DNA of 64,000 bases. Origin: Alphaproteobacteria bacterium. Lineage in GTDB: Bacteria; Pseudomonadota; Alphaproteobacteria; UBA2966. Numbering within the stretch: position 1 is the first letter of the stretch; every line of letters starts with the position of its first letter. The position numbers were made by a program, and so were the translations under genes. Below the pieces are notes generated by a model that ran no database searches, was not told the origin of the DNA, and was given only the letters and a program-made list of their open reading frames with translations. The stretch spans positions 2,519,816 through 2,583,815 of the forward strand of contig OZ241357.1 of the NCBI GenBank assembly GCA_965200265.1, given 5' to 3'. Shown in pieces: positions 12,532-22,077 of this stretch.

Positions 12532-13461
12532 CTAACCGGCACCGCCGGTGCGCGAATGCAGCCTGTAAAACTCACCGCACCGCGCGATGAACTCGGCGTG
12601 CCGGCGCGGAATCGGCAACAGGCTGCGCAGGTAGAGGGCGAGCCAGCGCGCTCGACCGGGCGCGCGACGGCGGCGAGCGAGGCGCCAGACCCGGCTCGCC
12701 GCGCGCCGGCAGGCCAACTGCCTGAGCCGCCACGACAGGTCCCGATGTTCGGACACGAGCCAGCCGAGACCTTTGTTCATGTCCCGCATTATCCCATCCG
12801 TGTCCGTGCTCATCTGTCCAGGCACATGGCGCGGCGCGTATCCGACCGTCGCGTCGACGTGCACGAGCGGCCGTCCCGGCAACATCGCCAGCCGCAGCGC
12901 CAACGTCCAGTCCTGGGCGTGCTCCCATGACTCGTTGCAACCGCCGAGGGTCCGTACCGCGTGGGTCACCGCCATCATCGCCACGGGCCGCCACGAAGGT
13001 CCCCGTATGGTGAACCGAAGCGGGTCGGCGAGCTCCAGGACGGCGGCATCGGAAAGATCGGCACCGAGGTCCCGTGGCGGGGGGGGGGGGTCGTAGAATT
13101 CCCACTTCCCGTAAGCCAGCATTGCCTGGGGATGGGAGAGCAGCGCGTTCCGCAGGGCCTCCGTCGCGCCGTCGGCGAGCAGGTCGTCGGCGTCGCAGAG
13201 CTTGATGAAGGGGTGCCGCGCCTTCGCGATGGCGCGGTTGGTCGCGTGTGCGACACCACGATTCTCCTGTTCGATGATCGTGACGTCGGGCCAGCCCGCG
13301 GTGTGCGCCTTGAGGACGGCCAGCGAGTCGTCCGTCGAGCCGTCGTCGACGAAGACGTACTCGCGCTCGAAGGCGCCGCGCTGCGCGGCAATCCGGTCCA
13401 GAACGTCAGGCAGCCAGGGAGCCTTGTTGAATACGGGCACGACAAAGGACACGCCGGTCAT
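12532..13461 (-). CDS. Family 2 glycosyltransferase
   Basis: VSFVVPVFNKAPWLPDVLDRI...FVDDGSTDDS (GT-A DxD) motifs; contains a run of 12 C on the coding strand (13079-13090) encoding PPPPP. Confidence 0.8.
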   Translation of the reverse strand: MTGVSFVVPVFNKAPWLPDVLDRIAAQRGAFEREYVFVDDGSTDDSLAVLKAHTAGWPDVTIIEQENRGVAHATNRAIAKARHPFIKLCDADDLLADGATEALRNALLSHPQAMLAYGKWEFYDPPPPPRDLGADLSDAAVLELADPLRFTIRGPSWRPVAMMAVTHAVRTLGGCNESWEHAQDWTLALRLAMLPGRPLVHVDATVGYAPRHVPGQMSTDTDGIMRDMNKGLGWLVSEHRDLSWRLRQLACRRAASRVWRLARRRRAPGRARWLALYLRSLLPIPRRHAEFIARCGEFYRLHSRTGGAG

Positions 13462-13499
13462 CTCATCAACCCACGATCTTCATGGCGAGCAGATACGAG

Positions 13500-13811
13500 T
13501 CATCCCGCCGCATAGATGACCTCGGCGGAGTCGAGGATCTCCTTCCGGCGGATGTAGTTCGGACTCCGTTCCACCGACGAGCGCGTCAAAACATCCACAT
13601 GCCTGCCGAACAGCTCCGACAACTCGTCCGCCATGCCGATGAAACGGAAACCCGGCGTCCGGCCGGGCGCGAACTCGACGAGCAGGTCGATGTCGCCGTC
13701 CGGCCCGAAGTCCTCGCGCAGCACCGAACCGAAGATCGCGAGTTTCCTGATGCCGTTCGCCCAGCAGAACGCGGCGAGCCGGTCGGTGGGAATGGACACG
13801 GCCGGATTCAT
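13500..13811 (-). CDS. Nucleotidyltransferase-domain protein (MntA-type minimal NTase)
   Basis: GS...DxD motif FGSVLREDFGPDGDIDLLVEF typical of minimal nucleotidyltransferase antitoxins; no HEPN partner adjacent. Confidence 0.6.
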   Translation of the reverse strand: MNPAVSIPTDRLAAFCWANGIRKLAIFGSVLREDFGPDGDIDLLVEFAPGRTPGFRFIGMADELSELFGRHVDVLTRSSVERSPNYIRRKEILDSAEVIYAAG

Positions 13812-13976
13812 CTCACGCGCTCCCGAACGCCCGGTTCGCGTCGTTGTAGCCGATACCGGGAGGGTCCACAATCGAGGGGGACGATCGTCGTCCGGCGGGC
13901 CGTATCGGGGCGGGAGGCGATTTGCGCGGTCGCCCGGGTCCGCGGACACGGTTTCTCGCCCTCTCCCCGGGTGCTA

Positions 13977-14762
13977 ATGTCTCGCGGCGATGATGCGGTG
14001 CGTGACGATCTCCAGGACTGCATGACGGAACGCCCGGCCCGATCCCCGGCGCGCGTGCCGCCCGGCCGGCGTGTCTACGCGGTCGGAGACGTCCACGGGC
14101 GCGTCGACCTTCTCCGGCGCCTCAACGCCCGGATTCGCGCCGACGCCGACGCCGCCCGCGCCGATTCCCGCGTCGTCGTCTATCTCGGCGACTACGTGGA
14201 CCGCGGCGCGCACAGCCGCGACGTCCTCGACTGCCTGATCGAGGAGCCCATCCCCGGGTTCGAGACCGTCGGCCTCCTCGGCAACCACGAGGCGTTCCTG
14301 CAGGAGTTCCTGGATGATCCGGCGCGCGGCGACATCTGGGTCTACAACGGCGGTGACGCGACGCTGCGCGACTACGGCATCGACCCGGCGGAACCGGAGG
14401 TCCGCGCCGGTGGATGGAAGGGGTTGCGGGACCGGCTCCTCGAAGCCCTGCCCCGACGTCACCTCGACTTCCTGCGCGGCCTTCCCCTGACTCACGTCGA
14501 GGGCGACTACGTCTTCGTTCACGCCGGAATCCGGCCCGGCGTCCCCCTGGAGGAGCAGCAACGGCGCGACCTGCTGTGGATCCGGGAAGGCTTCCTCGAT
14601 TGCGAGGACGACCTCGGCGCGGTGGTCGTGCACGGACATACGCCCGTCAAGGAGATCCAGGTCCGCCCGAACCGCATCGGCATCGACACCGGCGCGTGGA
14701 TGTCGGATACCCTTACCTGCGTCGTCCTCCACGACGGCGAACGCGCGTTCATCCAGACCTGA
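13977..14762 (+). CDS. Ser/Thr protein phosphatase family metallophosphoesterase (PrpA/ApaH-like)
   Basis: GDVHG, GDYVDRG, GNHE, VHAG..HGHT metallophosphatase motifs; start uncertain (alternative Met at 14022). Confidence 0.75.
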   Translation: MSRGDDAVRDDLQDCMTERPARSPARVPPGRRVYAVGDVHGRVDLLRRLNARIRADADAARADSRVVVYLGDYVDRGAHSRDVLDCLIEEPIPGFETVGLLGNHEAFLQEFLDDPARGDIWVYNGGDATLRDYGIDPAEPEVRAGGWKGLRDRLLEALPRRHLDFLRGLPLTHVEGDYVFVHAGIRPGVPLEEQQRRDLLWIREGFLDCEDDLGAVVVHGHTPVKEIQVRPNRIGIDTGAWMSDTLTCVVLHDGERAFIQT

Positions 14763-14782
14763 GCGCCGGACCCGTCGCCAGC

Positions 14783-16273
14783 GTGCCCGACCCTTCCCGC
14801 CTTCTCGAAATTTCGCCGACGCTCGGCGAGGGCCGGGTTCTCGTCGTCGGCGACCTGATGCTGGACCGCTACGTCGCGGGCACGGTCGACCGCGTCTCGC
14901 CGGAAGCGCCGGTCCCCGTCATGCGCGTCGACCGCGAGACGGAAATGCCGGGCGGCGCCGGCAACGTGGCGCGCAACGTCGCGAGCCTGGGCGGGCGGGC
15001 GGCCCTGGTGGGGCTGATCGGCGACGACGCGGCCGGCGCGCGCCTGACGGCACTGCTGGCGGTCGAGGAGGGACTGACGCTCCATCCCGTGGTCTGCCCG
15101 GACGCGCCGACGACGGTGAAGACCCGGTATCTGGCGTCCGGCCAGCAACTCCTTCGCGCCGACGTCGAGGGCGCCGCCGCGCCGCCGCCGGACGTCCTGT
15201 CGCGCGTCGTGGATCAAGCCCTCGCCGAACTGCCGGGAGCGGATGTCGCGGTGCTGTCCGATTACGCCAAGGGCGCGCTGAGCGCCGGGGTCGTCGCGGA
15301 GATCGTCGCCGCGGCAGCGTCCGCCGGCGTGCCGGTGGTCGTCGATCCGAAGAGCCCGGACCTCGCGCGCTACCGGGGGGCGTTCCTGGTGAGCCCCAAC
15401 CGGGACGAGCTGTCCCGGGCCACCGGAACGGCGATCGAGGACGACCGGAGCGCGGCGGCCGCGGCGGGCAAGGCGGTGACGGAAGCCGGCGTCGGCGCCG
15501 TCCTGGTGACGCGCGGCGCCCAGGGCATGACGCTGGTCGTCGCCGGCGAGGAGCCACTGCACCTGCGCACCCGATCGCGGCAGGTCTTCGACGTCTCCGG
15601 TGCCGGCGACACGGCGGTCGCGACCGTCGCCGCGGCCCTCGCCGCCGGACATGGACTCGAGGAGGCCGCGGCCCTCGCCAACGTGTGCGCCGGGATCGTG
15701 GTCGGAAAGGTCGGAACGGCGACGGTGGACGCCGGCGAGCTCGCCGCCGCTCTCCGGGCCGACGCGCCGCCGGACCCGGAGGGGCCGGGAGGCAAGATCG
15801 TGTCGCGGCGCGCGGCGCGCGACCGAATCGCCGGGTGGCGCCGGCGCGACAGGCGCGTGGTGTTCACCAACGGCTGCTTCGACCTCATACATCCGGGACA
15901 CGTTTCCCTCCTCGAGCAGGCCCGCGCGGCCGGCGACGCCCTGATCGTGGGCCTGAACTCGGACGCCTCCGCGCGCCGTCTCAAGGGCGCCGGCCGGCCC
16001 GTCCAGACGGCGGCGGCCCGCGCCTCCGTCCTCGCGGGCCTCTCCGCCGTCGATCTGGTCGTCGAGTTCGGCGAGGACACGCCGCTGTCGCTGATCGAGG
16101 CCATCAGGCCGGACGTCCTCGTCAAGGGCGCCGACTACGCCGAGGAAGACGTCGTCGGCGGCGACCTCGTGAAGTCCTACGGCGGGCGCGTCGTGCTGGC
16201 CGGGCTCGCCGAGGGCCACAGCACCAGCGGCACCATCGGCCGGATCGAGCGGCGCGCCGGGGGCGGCGCGTGA
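14783..16273 (+). CDS. hldE: Bifunctional D-beta-D-heptose 7-phosphate kinase / D-beta-D-heptose 1-phosphate adenylyltransferase
   Basis: N-terminal ribokinase-like domain (VLVVGDLMLDRY...), C-terminal cytidylyltransferase domain (VVFTNGCFDLIHPGHVSLL); GTG start in frame just after the phosphatase stop. Confidence 0.85.
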   Translation: MPDPSRLLEISPTLGEGRVLVVGDLMLDRYVAGTVDRVSPEAPVPVMRVDRETEMPGGAGNVARNVASLGGRAALVGLIGDDAAGARLTALLAVEEGLTLHPVVCPDAPTTVKTRYLASGQQLLRADVEGAAAPPPDVLSRVVDQALAELPGADVAVLSDYAKGALSAGVVAEIVAAAASAGVPVVVDPKSPDLARYRGAFLVSPNRDELSRATGTAIEDDRSAAAAAGKAVTEAGVGAVLVTRGAQGMTLVVAGEEPLHLRTRSRQVFDVSGAGDTAVATVAAALAAGHGLEEAAALANVCAGIVVGKVGTATVDAGELAAALRADAPPDPEGPGGKIVSRRAARDRIAGWRRRDRRVVFTNGCFDLIHPGHVSLLEQARAAGDALIVGLNSDASARRLKGAGRPVQTAAARASVLAGLSAVDLVVEFGEDTPLSLIEAIRPDVLVKGADYAEEDVVGGDLVKSYGGRVVLAGLAEGHSTSGTIGRIERRAGGGA

Positions 16274-17256
16274 TCGTCGTCACCGGCGGGGCCGGCTTCA
16301 TCGGCTCGAACGTCGTCGCCGCGCTGGAGGCGCGGGGAGAGACCGGGATCGTGGTCTGCGACACCCTCGGCGCGGGGGACAAGTGGCGGAACGTCGCCAA
16401 GCGCGAGCTGGCGGGCGTCGTGGCGCCGGACTCCCTGTTCGAATTCCTGGAGGAGCGGCGCGGCGACGTCGATGCGATCTTCCACATGGGAGCCGTCTCG
16501 TCGACCACCGCGATGGACGCCGACCTCGTCGTCGCCAACAACTTCGGCTTTTCCCTCGGTCTCTGGGAATGGTGCGCGCGCGCCGGCGCACGCCTCGTCT
16601 ACGCCTCGTCGGCGGCGACCTACGGGGACGGCGCCGCCGGTTTCGACGACGACGGCTCGGTCGATGCCTTGCGCGGGCTGCGTCCGCTCAACCTCTACGG
16701 CTGGAGCAAGCACCTGTTCGACCGCCGCGTCGCCCGCCTGGCCGCCGAGGGAGGCCCGGCGCCGCCGCAATGGGTCGGACTCAAGTTCTTCAACGTGTTC
16801 GGCCCCAACGAGTACCACAAGGGACCCATGCGCAGCGTCGCCCATCAGATGTACGAACAGGTCGCCGCCGGAGACTCCGTCCGCCTGTTCCGCTCGCACC
16901 ATCCGGACTACGAGGACGGCGGCCAGATGCGCGACTTCATCCCGGTCGACGAGTGCGTCGAGGTGATGATGTGGCTCCACGACCGCCCCGGCGTTTCCGG
17001 CCTTTTCAATCTCGGCACGGGGACGGCGAGATCCTTCTCCGACCTGGCGCGGGCCGTGTGTGCCGCGATGGACGCGGAGCCCCGGATTGAGTTCGTCGAC
17101 ACGCCGGAGCGCCTCCGCGACAGGTATCAGTATTTCACCGAGGCCCGCATGGAGAAGCTCCGCGTCGCCGGGTGCGCGTACCGGTTCCGCGCGCTCGAGG
17201 ACGCGGTCGCGTCATACGTGCGGGACTACCTCGCCGGCAACGATCCGTACCGCTGA
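16270..17256 (+). CDS. hldD: ADP-L-glycero-D-manno-heptose 6-epimerase
   Basis: [14 protein letters not shown] Rossmann start, YxxxK region, 328 aa; GTG overlaps the hldE stop (GTGA). Confidence 0.85.
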   Translation: MIVVTGGAGFIGSNVVAALEARGETGIVVCDTLGAGDKWRNVAKRELAGVVAPDSLFEFLEERRGDVDAIFHMGAVSSTTAMDADLVVANNFGFSLGLWEWCARAGARLVYASSAATYGDGAAGFDDDGSVDALRGLRPLNLYGWSKHLFDRRVARLAAEGGPAPPQWVGLKFFNVFGPNEYHKGPMRSVAHQMYEQVAAGDSVRLFRSHHPDYEDGGQMRDFIPVDECVEVMMWLHDRPGVSGLFNLGTGTARSFSDLARAVCAAMDAEPRIEFVDTPERLRDRYQYFTEARMEKLRVAGCAYRFRALEDAVASYVRDYLAGNDPYR

Positions 17257-17278
17257 GACCGGACAGGGGGACGTCTCG

Positions 17279-18061
17279 ATGGCATCACGGGAGAGGAACC
17301 GGGCGGCCCCGGACCGGCAGGCCGCCGACCGGCTGCGCGATCTCCTGCGCGCGGCGCGCCGGGTGGTCGTCTTCACCGGGGCGGGCATCAGCACCGAATC
17401 CGGGATACCCGACTTCCGCAGCCCCGGAGGGCTGTGGACCCGGAACAAGCCGATCGAGTTCGGGGACTTCCTCGCCTCGGAGGAGATGCGCCGCGAAAAC
17501 TGGCGGCGCAAGATCGAGGTCGACAGGACGATACGGCCGGCGGAGCCCAACCGCGGCCATCTCGCCGTGGCCGCGCTCGTCCGCCGCGGACTGGCGACCG
17601 CCGTCGTCACCCAGAACGTCGACGGCCTGCACCAGAAGTCCGGCGTGCCCGACGAACGGGTCATCGAGCTGCACGGCAACGGCACCTACGCCACGTGCCT
17701 GGACTGCGGCACGCGGTACGAGCTGGACGCCATCAAGGCGGCGTTCGAGATCGACGAGACGCTGCCGACGTGCATGTTCTGCGGCGGGATCGTCAAGCAG
17801 GCCACGATCTCGTTCGGGCAGGCGATGCCGGCGGACGCCATGGAGCGGGCGCAGGAGGCGACCTTGAACTGCGATCTCTTCCTCGCCGTCGGGTCCTCGC
17901 TCGTGGTCTATCCGGCCGCCGGTTTCCCCGTCATGGCCAGGGACAACGGATCGACCCTGGTCATTCTCAACCGCGAACCGACCGATCTCGACGCCTTCGC
18001 CGACCTCGTCATCAACGACGAGATCGGCCCGATCCTCTCGGCCGCGGTCGGCCTGAACTGA
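17279..18061 (+). CDS. NAD-dependent protein deacylase, Sir2 family (CobB-like)
   Basis: [21 protein letters not shown], Zn ribbon CxxC...CxxC (CLDCG...CMFCGG), 260 aa. Confidence 0.85.
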   Translation: MASRERNRAAPDRQAADRLRDLLRAARRVVVFTGAGISTESGIPDFRSPGGLWTRNKPIEFGDFLASEEMRRENWRRKIEVDRTIRPAEPNRGHLAVAALVRRGLATAVVTQNVDGLHQKSGVPDERVIELHGNGTYATCLDCGTRYELDAIKAAFEIDETLPTCMFCGGIVKQATISFGQAMPADAMERAQEATLNCDLFLAVGSSLVVYPAAGFPVMARDNGSTLVILNREPTDLDAFADLVINDEIGPILSAAVGLN

Positions 18062-18125
18062 AGCGGTACGAGACCCGAACGCCGTCACCCGTCCATCCGG
18101 CCCGCACCTGCTCCGGGACAGGCCC

Positions 18126-19001
18126 TCACGGGTCGGGCGTCCAGCGGCAGCCGTCCGCGGTCCCGGTCACGAAGCCCGCCGTCGGGGCGGCGAAGTGCGC
18201 CGGGAACACCTTGACGCCGGTGTCCGCGTGGCGTTCCACGAACGCCTGCCGCGTCGCCGCCGACCTGGGCGGATCGATGCAGGCGGCGCTGTTGACGTGG
18301 GGCATCGCGCACTGGATGGGGTGGTGTATCAGGTCGCCCGTCAGCACCGCCTCGGCGCCGCGCGATTCGAGGCGCACCGAGCAATGGCCCGGCGTATGCC
18401 CCTCCGAGGGTTCGAGCCATATGGAGTCGTCCAGGGCGTAGTCGCTCGCCACCTTCACGGCGTTGCCGGCCTCGATCACCGGCAACACCGAGTCGCGGTA
18501 CCCTTGCCAGTGATTGCCGTCGTCCTCCGGGATGGCGGAGAACCATTCCAGGTCCTTTTCCGAGAACAGGTACTTGGCGTTGGGAAAGGTCGGCGTCCAT
18601 TCGCCGTTCTCGAGCCTGGTGTTCCAGCCCACGTGATCCCCGTGAAGATGCGTGCACATGACGTAGTCGACCTCTTCCGGAACGACCGCCGCCGCCGCCA
18701 GCTCCCGGAGGAAGCGGTCGTCGTCGCGCATGTTGAAGATGGGCCGGGCTTCCCGGCTCTTGTGATTGCCGATGCAGGTGTCGACCACGATGGTGTGGCG
18801 TTCGGTCCGAAGGACGAAGGCGTGGAAACTGAACCTGACCTGCCCGATGCCGTAGTCGAAAAAGTACGGGTCGAGCCAGTCGCGATGGGCGTCGAAGTCC
18901 TCCTGGGAGAGATCGGGGAACAGCCCCTGGTAGCGGAACTCGGTGCCCTCCAGTTCGACGACGCGCGAGATCTCGATATCGCCGACCGACTTCTTCTTCA
19001 T
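18126..19001 (-). CDS. MBL-fold metallohydrolase
   Basis: HxHxDH motif (THLHGDHVGW) plus downstream His/Asp ligands; 291 aa. Confidence 0.8.
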   Translation of the reverse strand: MKKKSVGDIEISRVVELEGTEFRYQGLFPDLSQEDFDAHRDWLDPYFFDYGIGQVRFSFHAFVLRTERHTIVVDTCIGNHKSREARPIFNMRDDDRFLRELAAAAVVPEEVDYVMCTHLHGDHVGWNTRLENGEWTPTFPNAKYLFSEKDLEWFSAIPEDDGNHWQGYRDSVLPVIEAGNAVKVASDYALDDSIWLEPSEGHTPGHCSVRLESRGAEAVLTGDLIHHPIQCAMPHVNSAACIDPPRSAATRQAFVERHADTGVKVFPAHFAAPTAGFVTGTADGCRWTPDP

Positions 19002-19342
19002 CGTCCACGCCTCCCTTTCGCCGGGTCCGGCGATCCGGCCGTGCGCCGATCCCGGAACCGGATTGTAGAGGCCGGATCGCGGACGCGCCAGACGGTGTCC
19101 TCGTTTCCCCGGCCGGCAAAGGCTCCGTTTCCCCGGGAGCGCCGGCGTCCCGCCGGCATGGCGGGTCGAAGGCCGTCCTGGCCGACGCCGGGATCAAGGA
19201 GGCGCGGAGGGCCGAGATGGCGCTCCGGGCCGTCCGTGCGGAGATCACGAAGGACGAAGACGCCGACGCGGAGCAGGACCCGGCCGGTGCTGGGACGACA
19301 CGAGGGACGGCTTCGAGGAGCCGCCCTTTCTCTTGGCGCGGG

Positions 19343-19651
19343 CTACGAAGGAAACAGATTGATGAGAGCTACAACGATGCCGCCGAAGGAGCCAAGGATG
19401 ATGCCGGCGATGATGCCGGTTTGAACCCACAAGGCGCGGTAGAGATCGGCCTTGGTGGCCATCTTGTCTTCGAGGCGGGCTATATCCACCTTGAGGCGGG
19501 CTATATCCGCCTTCGTGGCGATGACTTTGACGACATGATCGCGGGCGGCTTCGGCGTGCGCTTCGGCCTGGGCGTCGTCGACGCCGGCGTCCTTGAGGCG
19601 CCGCGCATAGGACAGCGTATCGAAGCCGGGGGCTGTATCCGTATAGGCCAT
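19343..19651 (-). CDS. Small tail-anchored coiled-coil protein (DUF1640-like), copy 1
   Basis: MAYTDTAPGFDTLSYARRLKDAGV...ATKADIARLKVDIARLEDKMATKADL... heptads followed by the C-terminal TM helix GIIAGIILGSFGGIVVALINLF; internal Met start chosen. Confidence 0.6.
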   Translation of the reverse strand: MAYTDTAPGFDTLSYARRLKDAGVDDAQAEAHAEAARDHVVKVIATKADIARLKVDIARLEDKMATKADLYRALWVQTGIIAGIILGSFGGIVVALINLFPS

Positions 19652-20082
19652 GCGGGAAACGCTACGCCGCGGCCGGGGGGGCGTCAATGGCCGGGGAGCC
19701 GTCCCCGTACGCCGTCCGGGCAGCATGAGAACGTCTGCCTGGCGCCCCGGACGCGCGGCAACCCGGAGCAGAACCCGGACTTTCGAGGGGCCGGGGCGTG
19801 CGATTCCGGAACCGGATCGGGGGCGCGCCAGACGGTGTCCTCGTTTCCCCGGCCGGCAAAGGCTTCGTTTCCCTGGGAGCGCCGGCGTCCCGCCGGCATG
19901 GCGGGTCGAAGGCCATCCTGGCCGACGCCGGGATCAAGGAGGCGCGGAGGGCCGAGATGGCGCTCCGGGCCGTCCGTGCGGAGATCACGAAGGACGAAGA
20001 CGCCGACGCGGAGCAGGACCCGGCCGGTGCCGGGACGACACGAGGGACGGCTTCGAGGAGCCGCCCTTTCTCTTGACGCGGG

Positions 20083-20370
20083 CTACGAAGGAAACAGATT
20101 GATGAGAGCTACAACGATGCCGCCGAAGGAGCCAAGGATAATGCCGGCGATGATGCCGGTTTGAACCCACAAGGCGCGGTAGAGATCGGCCTTGGTGGCC
20201 ATCTTGTCTTCGAGGCGGGCTATATCCGCCTTCGTGGCGACGACTTTGACGACATGATCGCGGGCGGCTTCGGCGTGCGCTTCGGCCTGGGCGTCGTCGA
20301 CGCCGACGTCCCTGAGGTGCCGCGCATAGGACAGCGTATCGAAGCCGGGGGCTGTGTCCGTATAGGCCAT
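20083..20370 (-). CDS. Small tail-anchored coiled-coil protein (DUF1640-like), copy 2
   Basis: Near-identical to copy 1 (R->H, K->R, A->V, I->V and loss of one IARLKVD heptad). Confidence 0.6.
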   Translation of the reverse strand: MAYTDTAPGFDTLSYARHLRDVGVDDAQAEAHAEAARDHVVKVVATKADIARLEDKMATKADLYRALWVQTGIIAGIILGSFGGIVVALINLFPS

Positions 20371-20691
20371 GCGGGAAACGCTACGCCGCGGCCGGGGGGG
20401 CGTCAATGGCCGGGGAGCCGTCCCCGTACGCCGTCCGGGCAGCACAAGAACGTCTGCCTGGCGCCCCGGACGCGCGGCAACCCGGAGCAGAACCCGGACT
20501 TTCGAGGGGCCGGGGCGTGCGATTCCGGAAACGGAAATCGTTTCAAATCAGAACGGGTCCCGGCCTCTCTCGCGTTCGGGTATCCGTCAACTGAACCGTC
20601 CCGCACGGCGAACACGTCCACGGCAATTATCCTCGACCTCGACGGGTGGGAGCGCCGACGCTCCCGGGGACGTGCGGCCCTCAGCGCGCGG

Positions 20692-21000
20692 TCACGTCCG
20701 CTGGAGTTCCGTGACCACGTTCAGGACGGTGATCACGCGGTCCTTCACCATGTCGGCCGTGTCCGAACGGAAGGCCTTCATGTGGGCGGAGTTCATGTGC
20801 GTCTCGATCGCGTCCTTGTCGACGTAGACCTCGTACATGACGTAACGGTTGGGGTCGTCGTCCACGGTGTTCACCTGGAACATCAGGCAGCCCTCCTCGT
20901 TGGCTTGGGAGTCGGCCGAGTGACGGCGGGCGCGGGCGTCGAACGCCTCCTTGCAGGCGGGGTCGATGTCGACCTGGGCGAGAACCGCGACTTGAGCCAT
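20692..21000 (-). CDS. Antibiotic-biosynthesis-monooxygenase (ABM/Dabb) domain protein
   Basis: About 100 aa ferredoxin-like fold signature (VAVLAQVDIDPACKEAFDA...MYEVYVDKDAIETHMNSAHMKAF). Confidence 0.7.
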   Translation of the reverse strand: MAQVAVLAQVDIDPACKEAFDARARRHSADSQANEEGCLMFQVNTVDDDPNRYVMYEVYVDKDAIETHMNSAHMKAFRSDTADMVKDRVITVLNVVTELQRT

Positions 21001-21255
21001 GGGGTTTCCTCTCCGTTGCCGGTTGCGGATAATGGACGACGATTAGCCGGTCGCGCGCCGCGCGTCCAGCGCCCGTCCCGGTTCACGGCCTTCCACACTG
21101 GAACAGCCGAACGAAGATGGTGTACACTCCGTCGGCATCGGGGAATTCCTCCGGGACGGGACAACTCCTTGGCGGCAAAGGAATTATCCCATAATTCGGA
21201 GCCTCGGTGCGTCGCCCCTCGCGGGAAATGCGGGTCTGGATACAGGGAGAGCCAC

Positions 21256-22035
21256 GTGGAGAAGAAAAAGAAGGTCCTGGTCATCGTTCCGTTCCCGATG
21301 ACGGAGGAACAGCTCGGGTTCCGGCAGCAGCAGCACGCCTCGCTCGATTTCGGCCCCGACATCGAGTTCGACTACCGGCCGGTCCGCGCGGCGGGCGGCA
21401 ACCTCGTGAGCCCCTACGACTGGTGCATCGGCGACCTCGTGGTTCTCGAGGCGGGCCTCTCCGCCCAGGAGGAGGGCTACGACGCGGTGTGCGTCGACAC
21501 CGTGAGCGATTCCGGCGTCGCCGCGCTGAGGACCGTTCTCGACATCCCCGTGATCGGTCCGGGGCGGGCGTCGTTCCTGCTCGCCATGCTGCTCGGCGAC
21601 AAGTTCGGCGTGCTGGCGATGTGGGAACGCTGGTCCGGGCTCTACAAGAAGACGCTGGAAGAGCTCGGCATCGGCCACAAGTTCGTGGGCGTGCACAGCA
21701 TCGACGCCACGGTCGACAACCGGAACCTGCTCAGCGGCAAGGAGGAGGAGACCTTCGGGCGGCTCGAGGAGGGCTGCCGGGCCTTGATCGACGACTACGG
21801 CGCCGACGTCATCTGCCTCGGGTCGACGTCGATGCATCAGGCCCACGTCCACCTTTCCGAGCGGATACCCGTGCCCATCGTCAATCCCGGTCCGGTGTCC
21901 TACAAGCTCGCCGAGGCCGTCCTCGGACTCGGCCTCACGCACAGCCGCCAGTACTACAAGCCGCCCATCGTGCGGGCCGACGAGACGCTCCGCGCCATGC
22001 TCGACGGCGCGGTCGAGGCGCGGAAGAACGGGTAG
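21256..22035 (+). CDS. Asp/Glu/hydantoin racemase family protein (paralog 1)
   Basis: Two-Cys racemase-superfamily layout (AVCVDTVSDSG ... VICLGSTSMHQ), PIVNPGPVSYKLAE; GTG start preceded by GGGAGA. Confidence 0.8.
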   Translation: MEKKKKVLVIVPFPMTEEQLGFRQQQHASLDFGPDIEFDYRPVRAAGGNLVSPYDWCIGDLVVLEAGLSAQEEGYDAVCVDTVSDSGVAALRTVLDIPVIGPGRASFLLAMLLGDKFGVLAMWERWSGLYKKTLEELGIGHKFVGVHSIDATVDNRNLLSGKEEETFGRLEEGCRALIDDYGADVICLGSTSMHQAHVHLSERIPVPIVNPGPVSYKLAEAVLGLGLTHSRQYYKPPIVRADETLRAMLDGAVEARKNG

Positions 22036-22077
22036 GCCGGCCCCGGCGGGACGGGCCGGCGGCAGAGGAGAGAAGCC

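Larger units (their letters stand above)
19049..20536. repeat. Direct tandem duplication (about 739 bp + 720 bp units) each carrying a DUF1640-like gene and its upstream region; partial third unit start at about 20521
   Basis: Unit starts gatcccggaaccgga (19049) / gattccggaaccgga (19801) / gattccggaaacgga (20521); near-identical sequence throughout; copy 1 is 21 bp longer (cttgaggcgggctatatccac duplicated). Confidence 0.9.

Noticed and set aside
13461-13500. HEPN/HepT toxin partner downstream of the MNT nucleotidyltransferase.
   Set aside because: The 38-bp gap runs directly into the GT2 gene. There is no room for a HEPN ORF, so the NTase is reported as orphan.
18126-19001. Calling the MBL hydrolase an AHL lactonase (quorum quenching).
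   Set aside because: The HxHxDH motif is generic to the MBL superfamily. Nothing in the sequence discriminates lactonase from glyoxalase II, ribonuclease or other MBL enzymes.
18085-19248. 387-aa ORF overlapping the MBL hydrolase gene on the same strand.
   Set aside because: It has a different frame from a gene with clear family motifs. Its Arg/Pro-rich composition marks it as an artefact. Its N-terminal segment lies inside the tandem-duplicated region and is repeated only as a consequence.
19049-20536. Possible CRISPR array or IS element explaining the repeated sequence.
   Set aside because: There are only two to three repeat units of about 720-740 bp, each containing a complete gene. No short repeat/spacer periodicity, no inverted terminal repeats and no transposase were seen.
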